DNA from: Balanoglossus misakiensis
Lineage: Eukaryota > Animalia > Hemichordata
NCBI GenBank assembly: GCA_040954595.2
Contig: CM082581.2
Span: 2,968,699 to 3,032,698, forward strand
Direction: 5' to 3'
Length of the DNA: 64,000 bases
The position numbers and the translations under genes are program-made. The notes beneath the pieces are model-generated. The model saw only the letters and a program-made list of their open reading frames with translations. It ran no database searches and was not told the origin of the DNA. Of the stretch, positions 11,697-22,000 are shown one piece after another (the stretch's first letter is position 1; every line of letters starts with the position of its first letter).

Positions 11697-13581
11697 GTTG
11701 AATATTCCTTTGGCGGTCCAGTCCCATAGGCCTACGTCGTGTATTGTAATTTTTCAAAGCAGTGTATCTTATTTTCTCAAGAAAATTTACCGCCGTCAGT
11801 TTGGTAAAGTACACCCCCTCTCTTATAAACATGACATTTTACTATAGTTTAGCAAATGTGTAGCAATGTTTCGAGAGAGAGATATATGTATTTTTAATTT
11901 ATGGAAGTTTGCGCCTCGAAAATCAAAATCTTAAACTTATTGTCATGTTTTGAACTGGACAACTTCAGATTATTTTTTCATTAAATTCAGAATAGTTAAG
12001 TTAATAAATGATTTAATGTCGCCTTGCAATATTACTGAATTGATCGCTCGCTCTAAGGGATTGAAATATTTCCTTTCATGGTCGTTTCGTCGGCTGGCGA
12101 AATGCACAGCCACGGTCACTCACTGTGGCAGGGCGAACCGGTGTGGTGTAGCGCCGCCACTGGCACAAATGGTAACAATCACAAGACTCGTATACTCAAT
12201 GTAGTGAAGGTCACGCGACCTGGTCTAAAATCTCGAGACACATTATCTGAGTTTGAAATATTGTGGGGCGTGTTATAACACAGAATGTCAAATGCACGCA
12301 ATTTTGCTCAGTTGACCGGGCGGCAGGCTTTATGACAATTCAAAATGAAATACATTCCTTTCAAAAAACTTGGTCATGTGAGAGCTATAGTATGTTGTGT
12401 TTTTTAAAACCCAGAGGCAAACCATAGTTCATGTTGGGTATAGGTCTATAGCAGAATTTTCAAGTGTCAGTCGATGACGTAAATAGGTCATATCAAAGGT
12501 GGAATCGGGCCAGACAGTACAGGCTACAGCTTACTGCAATCTTCCAAATGAACACCTTTGTTGCCAGGTAACCGTAGACCAGTCACTACCTTCAAACATC
12601 AGTGCATGTACATCTCTCGTCAGAGAGGCAGATACGTTTTTTGTGGTAGTATTATTCATCAATAGACGGGCCAACGGAGGCACAAGAAATCCATGTTTCC
12701 TCTTTAACACATAGCATATTTTATAAGGGTATTAGAGGAGGTTTATGTGAAAACATTATTTTGGTAAAAGACTATTCTTATAGAACGGACAGAGAAGATC
12801 TTGAACTTCAAAACAAGCACTATAGTAACGTTAATCATATTAATGTATCTAAGTTTTAATATTAATGACCTGTTTTAGTAGAGAGGGCTTATCTGGCGAC
12901 CATCTGATCGGCCGAAAAGTCACAGGTACCGTTTAGGGTCACGTGTTATCTCCATTCTCATCAATATAGTGTTATTGTCTTGTATAGTGGATTAGGCCAC
13001 AGACGCACAAACAGAAAAATGTTCAGTAACCAACGATAGAACTCGTTTTAAACGGAATAGCGGGGATAAAAATCAAGACGGTGTACACCCTGTCTTCAAC
13101 ATTATTTAAATACATTTAAAGACACGCTTTAAATATTACAAGAAGTGAAACGTTAAGAGGACAATTAGTTTCTATCAAATCTATCCCCGAGGTGCGGGTA
13201 CTGTCATCAGGCAAAGTATTATCTTGTAACAACACATCTTCGGGACCATCGTTCACCTACAAGGAAGTCAGAGATGTAAAACATGATGTGCATTTCTTCC
13301 ACTGTTCAGAGAGATTCTGAAATCAAAAGGTGTTGTATCAAAGAAACCTGGAAATTTGATGAAAGATATGTAAGGACACATGGATTGCCATGATGTACAA
13401 TGTAGCAGATACCACTTGTGGCTACTTTGACTTTTAAACAACTGCATCATATGGGGCGGTTGTATGTACACGCAGCCACAGACGGGGCATTCCTAATGCT
13501 GATGAAAGACATGATTTACTCAATGTGACAAAGCAGTAAATTGGACTTACCAGTAGCTGCCGACAGTTCTTCTCTTGTATC

Positions 13582-14329
13582 TTAACTACAACACCTTTCC
13601 ATGCCTACACAGCACAAATTTTGTTCTTCCTCGATGCACGATGGGCAGTGATTGCAATCACATACTCGTAAAGAAAAGAAAATAGCATATTGTAAAAAAA
13701 TTCGACCCAAATACTTAGGATCTGTTAGACCTACAATTCACCTCTTCTTTTTCGTTACCGAAGAAGAATGTACTAACAGATGAAAGATGAATTATGTGGA
13801 AATTGAACTGTATACAATACGTATACGGCAAGGCTGTCACAGTTCAACATATACCATGTATTTGCATCTAACGGAATGAATTATGAGTACAAATGTATTC
13901 CTAAAGCAGTTTCAACTTACAACTCACCGAAATGGCGCTTGTTTCTTGCCTGAAATAGTAAAAACAGACGTGAATAAAAGGAACTATCCATCCAGCAATC
14001 CAGCCTCAGTTTGTCTGTCTGTCTATCTGTCCGTCTGTCAAAAATATATTTCTGTCAAAGTATAGCTTTTCCCGTATTCTTCCAATAGATAACATAAAAC
14101 AATACATATTTTAAATATTTCCAATTTGGCCGCACATGGTGAAACGACTTGATCCGTGTTAAATGATATCAGTCTTATTTACTTTACAAAATTCCATTAC
14201 CTGACTTTTCTCAACTAACTTGTGCAGGTCACTTTTACTCATTTCCGGCGAATCTTGAAGTGTGTCTTCAGTCTGGGACAACACAACCAGAGACAGGAGA
14301 GTGAGCGTCAACAGGACAGAGTGCTTCAT
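13582..14329 (-). CDS. Secreted Cys-rich prepropeptide copy A (77 aa). Exons 14329-14201, 13949-13928, 13664-13582: MKHSVLLTLTLLSLVVLSQTEDTLQDSPEMSKSDLHKLVEKSQARNKR-HFVCDCNHCPSCIEEEQNLCCVGMERCCS
   Basis: Hydrophobic signal peptide; CAG|GTAATG donor; tttcag|22 nt|gtgagt microexon shifting phase 0 to 1; last coding exon needs a weak GAG acceptor; 8 Cys conserved with copy B. Confidence 0.7.
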
Positions 14330-14433
14330 CTTGTCAAGAGGCAAACAGATCGCTTGGCGAGCTGATGTACACTTAAGCAATGATAGATCCTAGATATATG
14401 CTTACGACTGCCTACTCAACTGATTTGATGAGA

Positions 14434-14441
14434 TGACGTCA
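14434..14441. promoter_or_regulatory. Full CRE palindrome upstream of peptide gene A
   Basis: TGACGTCA ~105 bp upstream of the ATG, between a CCAAT (14463-14467) and a TATA-like stretch (~14392-14399). Confidence 0.45.
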
Positions 14442-15314
14442 TCTTCCATTACTCCATTGCATCCAATAGATTCTGTCCAGCAGTAATATATCAAATGATA
14501 TGTTGATTTGGGTCTGTAAGATTTGTTTGCAGTTGTTATTTGAGAATACGCGACAGTTACAGCGGTACCTGGCCAGGACGAGCATGGGCTGGACATTTAT
14601 TAAGCTTGAAAATTTTATGCGATAGAGTGATAGGGCTTATCTGGCGACCATCTGATACGGCCGAAAAGTCACAGGTACCGTTTAGGGTCATGTGTTATCT
14701 CGATTCTCATTAATATAGTGTTGTTGTCTTGTACAGTGGATTAGGCCACAAACGCACAAACAGAAAACATGTTCAGTAACCTTCGACGGAACTCGTTTCA
14801 AAAGGAATGGCGGAGAACACACTCTTAAAAAACAAGACAGTGAACACCCAGTTTTCTTCTTTATTTACATATATTTAAAGACACGCTTTAATATAACAAA
14901 AAGTGAAACGTTAAGAGGATAATTAGTTTCTATCAAATCTATCCCCAAGATTCAGGTACTGTCATCAGGCAAAGTATTATCTTGTAACACATCTTCACGA
15001 CCATCGTTCACCTACAAGAAAGTCAGAAATGTAAAACATGATGTGCATTTCTTCCACTGTCCAGGTGTTGCATCAAAGAAACTTGGAAATGTGATGAAAG
15101 GTATATAAGGACACATGGTTTGCCAAGATGTACCACGTAGCAGATACCACTTGTGGCTACTTTGACTTTTAATCAAGTGCATCATGGGACTGTTGTCCGT
15201 ACACTCAGCCGCAGACGGGACATTTCCAATGCTGATGAAAAACATAATTCACTGCATGTTACAAAGCAGTAAAATGGACTTACTGGTAGCTGCATACGTA
15301 TCTTCTCTTGTATC

Positions 15315-16073
15315 TTAACCACAACACCTTCCTATAGCTACACAGCATGCATACTCTTTTTGCTCATTGCACGATGGACAATTAAAGCAATTACATACTT
15401 CTACAGAAAAGAAAATAGCAAATTGTGAAAACTTCGACCCAATTGCGAATAATTATACGCAGCATCTGTTAGACCTACAATTCCCCTTTTCTTCTTCGTT
15501 ATCGAAGAAGAATGTACAAACAGATGAAGGTTGAAATGTGTGAAAATTGAAGTGTATATAATACGTATACGGCAAGGCTGTCACAGTTCAGCATATAACA
15601 TGTATTTGTAGCTAACGGAATAATGCGTCATGTTTTGAAATGAATTATGAGTAAAAATGTATTCCTATAGCATTTTCAACTCACCGAAATGGCGCTTGTT
15701 TCTTGCCTGAAATAGTAAATGACATGAATAAACGGAATTATCCATCCAGCAATCCGCCCGTCGGATTGTCTGTCTCTCTGTCCGTCTGTCGGAAATGAGT
15801 ATCTGTCAAAGTATTGCTTTTCCTGTTTTCGTCCAATAGATCACAACAAACAATACATATTTTAAATATTTCCAGTTTGGCAGCACATGGTCAAACGACT
15901 TGATCCACGTTCAAAGTCTTATTTACTCTACAAAATTCCATTACCTGACTTTTCTCAACTAACTTGTGCAGGTCACTTTTACTCATTTCCGGCGAATCTT
16001 GAAGTGTGTCTTCAGTCTGGGACAACACAACCAGAGACAGGAGAGTGAGCGTCAACAGGACAGAGTGTTTCAT
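15315..16073 (-). CDS. Secreted Cys-rich prepropeptide copy B (78 aa). Exons 16073-15945, 15706-15685, 15400-15315: same prepro region, mature HFEVCNCFNCPSCNEQKEYACCVAIGRCCG
   Basis: All splice sites canonical (ttttcttttctgtag acceptor); frame continuous; RNKR convertase site; C-terminal Gly; AATAAA on - strand at 14860-14865. Confidence 0.82.
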
Positions 16074-16173
16074 CTTGTCAAGAGGCAAACAGATCGCTTG
16101 GCGAGCTGATGTACACTTAAGCAATGATAAATCCTATATGCATACGACTGCCTACTCAACTGATTTGATGATA

Positions 16174-16181
16174 TGACGTCA
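16174..16181. promoter_or_regulatory. Full CRE palindrome upstream of peptide gene B
   Basis: TGACGTCA conserved at the paralogous position. Confidence 0.45.
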
Positions 16182-17468
16182 TCTTCCATTACTCCATTGC
16201 ATCCAATACATTCTGGCCAGCAGCAATATATCAAATGATATGTTGATTTGGGTCTGTCAGATTTGTTTGCATTTGTAATTTGAGAATACGTGACAGTTAC
16301 ACCGTTACCTAGCCCGGACGAGCATGGGCTGGACATTTATTAAGCTTAAACATTTTATGGGACAGTGAAGGCTTACCTGGCGACCATTTGATCGGCCGAA
16401 AAGTCACAGGTACCCTTTAGGGTCACGTGTTATCTCGATTCTCATCAATATAGCGTGTGTTATCTTGAACATGCAGTTAATTAGGCCACAGAATAAATCT
16501 TGATCACACACTACGGGGTAGAATTGCACTAAGTCTATGGGCTTAATCATTTCATAATAAATACATTCCTGAAAATTTTGTGTCGAGTCTCTATAGTATG
16601 TGAATTAACCGCATAGCGTGTGTGGTCGCGTACGTCATGGGCAATTACAAAAACCATCAGCTCAGCCCTGAATTCAAAACTCAGCTCAGTTTCGAAACTC
16701 GTTCAAAGCAAGCAAACACACTAAAAGCAATAAGTTAAAAATACGACATGTCGAACAACCGAATAGTTTAGAATCTTTGTAAAGATAATCACCAAACAAC
16801 TAGTGGGCTAGTCTAACGTCGGGGCTGTAATGTCGACTTACAGGTACTATTCCAAGTTCATGTCCCTCTTAAACTTTCTATCACTGGTTGTTTCAGTCGG
16901 TTCGCTGATCTCTTTGTGCAACCATCACCAGAAGCAGCAAGACTCTCGCTTCTACTCACTTTGTCGCAACTCTGCAGGTTGTGCAGAATTTCATGTACGA
17001 TGTTGCAAATTACACATGTAATGAGTACACCTAGGCGTACGGATCGTTGGCTGAGCCACCATGCAAGAAGACGCATTGTGACATTTGTCATATCATATCA
17101 CATAAACGTTTATTACACCTCACGCTGTCTTCCGTACTCCTGATTGGCTGAGACCGTAACCTAGTGACATAGAATAAACACGTGATATCACAGGGTTGAC
17201 AGAGTCTATGGCCCGTAGGTAAGGGCTACGGGCCGGGGATACGCGCTCAGTGAGAGGGTATTGCCCGCTAAGAACAGTTTTAGGTTCTGCGCATCTTTTC
17301 TGCTTAACACCTGTTCAAGTGGACGATATTTTACTGCATACGGACAGTAAATACCAAAATAGCAACCAACAGCGCGGTTTCCTCAGAATTATCTGAGTTC
17401 GAAGTAGGTATATACAGCGAGACATTTTAGTTCACTGCAACGTACGACATGGACGCAACCCTGAAAAT

Positions 17469-17600
17469 CAATTGTTGATATAATATAATAGCAATAACCC
17501 CCGCCTCAGTCGGGTATACACTCGATTTTTTTGGTACAATTCGCTCCATATAGCACTCGCCTTACGTGTATACCCGCCTGCGGCGGGGGTTATTGCCTAA
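17469..17600. mobile_element. Hairpin/palindromic dispersed repeat, copy 1 (internally deleted)
   Basis: GCAATAACCCCCGCC (17491-17505) / GGCGGGGGTTATTGC (17582-17596) plus inner CGGGTATACAC / GTGTATACCCG; homologous to 18408-18573. Confidence 0.6.
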
Positions 17601-17602
17601 AA

Positions 17603-17740
17603 ACATGATGCTCGGACAATATCATGATCTTTAGCCTTCCCTTGCCTGCGGCTCGGGCATCATCAATATTATGGTCAAAGATCACCATCCCTCGAGCAGG
17701 CTAAAGATCATGATATTGCCCTCGCTATCATGTGTTATTA
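17603..17740. mobile_element. Second family of palindromic element adjoining the first
   Basis: 21-bp perfect IR CAATATCATGATCTTTAGCCT (17617-17637) / AGGCTAAAGATCATGATATTG (17698-17718), with an internal GCCTGCGGC mini-hairpin. Confidence 0.55.
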
Positions 17741-18407
17741 TTTAATTTGACACACCGTAATAGCATATAAATTATCGAATATTTGAAATAGCAGCTGTCA
17801 TTGTACTGTAATAACCTGACAAGTCGGGTCAAGCAACACAGTGTTTGGTTGAAAACAATTCAAGATGGACAACATGCAACTAGTCAGAAATCCTGACTGG
17901 CATTTTTTTTCGCTGGGCTTACAGCGAAAATAAACGCCAGTCCGGATTCCAGACCATCATGCAATCAACATTATGAAGTAAAAATGTTAATTATATTATA
18001 TCATGCTACCGTCCGCAATTCTGATTGGACGAGAGTTCAATCCAGCGATGCTAAAATACTCATAATGCACTGCTGGCAGTGCTAAAACGGGCCCCTGAAC
18101 TAGCATACGGCTGCAAAAATGTGCGGTTAAACCACAGTCGCGCGTGTTTAAACCAAATAAATAAAACAAAAATACTGTTGAATTAACGGGCGTTTTATTT
18201 TGGAACTGCTTTGTGGAAATATTTTTCACTTTGCCACGCGCGATGCCCGTCTTGTCACTTTTGTCGTCTGCTTCATGTTTAATGCTCGATCCCGGCGGGA
18301 TCCCGGCCGCTCGTGTTTACATTCATCGTCGCCATGTTGGTTCACGATCGTAATTTCTCTTTCTGACGCCGTTTCGGTAAGAAAATGACACTGATATGCC
18401 ACAAAAA

Positions 18408-18573
18408 CAATTGTTGATATAATATAATAGCAATAACCCCCGCCTTAATCGGGTATACACTCGATTTGGGTACAAATCGCTCCATATAGCACTCGCCTGA
18501 CGGCTCATGCTATATGTCTCAAATTGTACCCAAATCTCGTGTATACCCGCCGCGGCGGGGGTTATTGCTTAAA
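18408..18573. mobile_element. Hairpin/palindromic dispersed repeat, copy 2 (full ~140-bp foldback)
   Basis: AGCAATAACCCCCGCC (18429-18444) / GGCGGGGGTTATTGCT (18554-18569), with nested stems GATTTGGGTACAA/TTGTACCCAAATC and CATATAGCA/TGCTATATG. Confidence 0.65.
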
Positions 18574-19004
18574 TCTACTTTCACATTCCGACATCAATTT
18601 ATTGTATTAATGTAGTGCAAGTCAGTCCATACTTTCCACAATATACGGCCTGCATGCGTGGTTCTACATAAAGAATGGGCGCATCTCTTGTTACCGCCAC
18701 CGACTGACACAGTAATAATATAGTGTTCCAGATATATTTTCCTGCTAATTTTTTATTATTATTATTATATGTTACAGCTTCTGCGACCATATATACCGGT
18801 TAACATAGAATAAGCTATGAGTCTGTTTGGGCATGATCATATAGAAGGGAATCTGTCATGTAAACAGGTCACCATCTGCGACCAATGAACAATGAATGTT
18901 ACTATCGCTCCTCCATGGCTAAAAATGACTCCAAAGTGACGATAAAACAACAATCGGAAAGGAGCGTCTATCCACTTTATAGTAATTACATTACTGATGG
19001 GGAC

Positions 19005-22000
19005 TAAGCAGTCTTACCCATCATTGGCAAACAGTCTCAGGAAGTAAGCTTTCAGCCTACCAATGTAGCTATTATATTTTCCACTTATTGTAAGTGAAGC
19101 CTGACTGTCGCCTGTCTTAGGTCACCACTTCATAAGAGGTCTTACCCTTCATTGGCACAAACAGTCTCAGGAAGTAAGCTTTCAGCCTACCAATGTAGCT
19201 ATTATATTTTCCACTTTTTGTAAGTGAAGCGTGACTGTCGCCTGTCTGAGGTCACCACTTCATAAGCGGTCTTACCCGTCATTGGCACAAACAGTCTCAG
19301 GAAGTAAGCTTTCAGCCTACCAATGTAGCTATTATATTTTCCACTTTTTGTAAGTGAAGCCTGACTGTCGCCTGTCTTAGGTCACCACTTCATAAGCGGT
19401 CTTACCCGTCATTGGAACAAACAGTCTCAGGAAGTAAGCTTTCAGCCTACCAATGTAGCTATTATATTTTCCACTTTTTGTAAGTGAAGCCTGACTGTCG
19501 CCTGTCTTAGGTCACCACTTCATAAAAGGTCTTACCCGTCATTGGCACAAACAGTCCCAGGAAGTAAGCTTTCAGCCTACCAATGTAGCTATTATATTTT
19601 CCACTTTTTGTAAGTGAAGCCTGACTGTCGCCTGTCTTAGGTCACCACTTCATAAGCGGTCTTACCCGTCATTGGCACAAACAGTCTCAGGAAGTAAGCT
19701 TTCAGCCTACCAATGTAGCTATTATATTTTCCACTTTTTGTAAGTGAAGCCTGACTGTCGCCTGTCTTAGGTCACCACTTCATAAGAGGTCTTACCCGTC
19801 ATTGGCACAAACATTCTCAGGAAGTAAGCTTTCAGCCTACCAATGTAGCTATTATATTTTCCACTTTTTGGAAGTGAAGCCTGACTGTCGCCTGTCTTAG
19901 GTCACCACTTCATAAGCGGTCTTACCCGTCATTGGCACAAACAGTCTCAGGAAGTAAGCTTTCAGCCTACCAATGTAGCTATTATATTTTCCACTTTTTG
20001 TAAGTGAAGCCTGACTGTCGCCTGTCTTAGGTCACCACTTCATAAGCGGTCTTACCCGTCATTGGAACAAACAGTCTCAGGAAGTAAGCTTTCAGCCTAC
20101 CAATGTAGCTATTATATTTTCCACTTTTTGTAAGTGAAGCCTGACTGTCGCCTGTCTTAGGTCACCACTTCATAAGAGGTCTTACCCGTCATTGGCACAA
20201 ACAGTCCCAGGAAGTAAGCTTTCAGCCTACCAATGTAGCTATTATATTTTTCCACTTTTTGTAAGTGAAGCCTCACTGTCGCCTGTCTTAGGTCACCACT
20301 TCATAAGCGGTCTTACCCGTCATTGGCACAAACAGTCTCAGGAAGTAAGCTTTCAGCCTACCAATGTAGCTATTATATTTTCCACTTTTTGTAAGTGAAG
20401 CCTGACTGTCGCCTGTCTTAGGTCACCACTTCATAAGAGGTCTTACCCGTCATTGGCACAAACAGTCCCAGGAAGTAAGCTTTCAGCCTACCAATGTAGC
20501 TATTATATTTTCCACTTTTTGTAAGTGAAGCCTGACTGTCGCCTGTCTTAGGTCACCACTTCATAAGAGGTCTTACCCTTCATTGGCACAAACAGTCTCA
20601 GGAAGTAAGCTTTCAGCCTACCAATGTAGCTATTATATTTTCCACTTTTTGTAAGTGAAGCGTGACTGTCGCCTGTCTGAGGTCACCACTTCATAAGCGG
20701 TCTTACCCGTCATTGGCACAAACAGTCTCAGGAAGTAAGCTTTCAGCCTACCAATGTAGCTATTATATTTTCCACTTTTTGTAAGTGAAGCCTGACTGTC
20801 GCCTGTCTTAGGTCACCACTTCATAAGCGGTCTTACCCGTCATTGGAACAAACAGTCTCAGGAAGTAAGCTTTCAGCCTACCAATGTAGCTATTATATTT
20901 TCCACTTTTTGTAAGTGAAGCCTGACTGTCGCCTGTCTTAGGTCACCACTTCATAAAAGGTCTTACCCGTCATTGGCACAAACAGTCCCAGGAAGTAAGC
21001 TTTCAGCCTACCAATGTAGCTATTATATTTTCCACTTTTTGTAAGTGAAGCCTGACTGTCGCCTGTCTTAGGTCACCACTTCATAAGCGGTCTTACCCGT
21101 CATTGGCACAAACAGTCTCAGGAAGTAAGCTTTCAGCCTACCAATGTAGCTATTATATTTTCCACTTTTTGTAAGTGAAGCCTGACTGTCGCCTGTCTTA
21201 GGTCACCACTTCATAAGAGGTCTTACCCGTCATTGGCACAAACATTCTCAGGAAGTAAGCTTTCAGCCTACCAATGTAGCTATTATATTTTCCACTTTTT
21301 GGAAGTGAAGCCTGACTGTCGCCTGTCTTAGGTCACCACTTCATAAGCGGTCTTACCCGTCATTGGCACAAACAGTCTCAGGAAGTAAGCTTTCAGCCTA
21401 CCAATGTAGCTATTATATTTTCCACTTTTTGTAAGTGAAGCCTGACTGTCGCCTGTCTTAGGTCACCACTTCATAAGCGGTCTTACCCGTCATTGGAACA
21501 AACAGTCTCAGGAAGTAAGCTTTCAGCCTACCAATGTAGCTATTATATTTTCCACTTTTTGTAAGTGAAGCCTGACTGTCGCCTGTCTTAGGTCACCACT
21601 TCATAAGAGGTCTTACCCGTCATTGGCACAAACAGTCCCAGGAAGTAAGCTTTCAGCCTACCAATGTAGCTATTATATTTTTCCACTTTTTGTAAGTGAA
21701 GCCTGACTGTCGCCTGTCTTAGGTCACCACTTCATAAGCGGTCTTACCCGTCATTGGCACAAACAGTCTCAGGAAGTAAGCTTTCAGCCTACCAATGTAG
21801 CTATTATATTTTCCACTTTTTGTAAGTGAAGCCTGACTGTCGCCTGTCTTAGGTCACCACTTCATAAGAGGTCTTACCCGTCATTGGCACAAACAGTCCC
21901 AGGAAGTAAGCTTTCAGCCTACCAATGTAGCTATTATATTTTCCACTTTTTGTAAGTGAAGCCTGACTGTCGCCTGTCTTAGGTCACCACTTCATAAGCG

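Larger units (their letters stand above)
12885..16492. repeat. Tandem segmental duplication, period ~1.74 kb: two full units (12885-14631, 14632-16368) plus a ~120-bp third copy of the junction segment
   Basis: GGCTTA(T/C)CTGGCGACCAT..GATCGGCCGAAAAGTCACAGGTACC at ~12885, ~14632 and ~16369; the units are colinear throughout. Confidence 0.9.

Noticed and set aside
8500-12714. Assorted 60-90 aa ORFs
   Set aside because: They overlap MITEs or GC-rich repeats, or lack recognisable motifs and coherent splice structure.
13741-13775. Alternative middle exon encoding VHSSSVTKKKR
   Set aside because: Its splice sites are not conserved in copy B and the phases are incompatible.
13268-15245. Paralogous short ORFs 13268-13471 and 15012-15245 (also 14402-14596 and 16070-16336)
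   Set aside because: They lie in the predicted 3'UTR intron or promoter, and frame-shifting indels between copies show no coding constraint.
16486-17210. CA(C/T)AGAATAA...AGTCTATGG micro-elements (16486-16540, 17168-17210)
   Set aside because: The inverted ends are only ~6-7 bp, too short to call an element from this window alone.
20192-20398. 68-aa ORF in the satellite
   Set aside because: Created by a 1-bp insertion in a T-run of one monomer; begins at a non-ATG codon.
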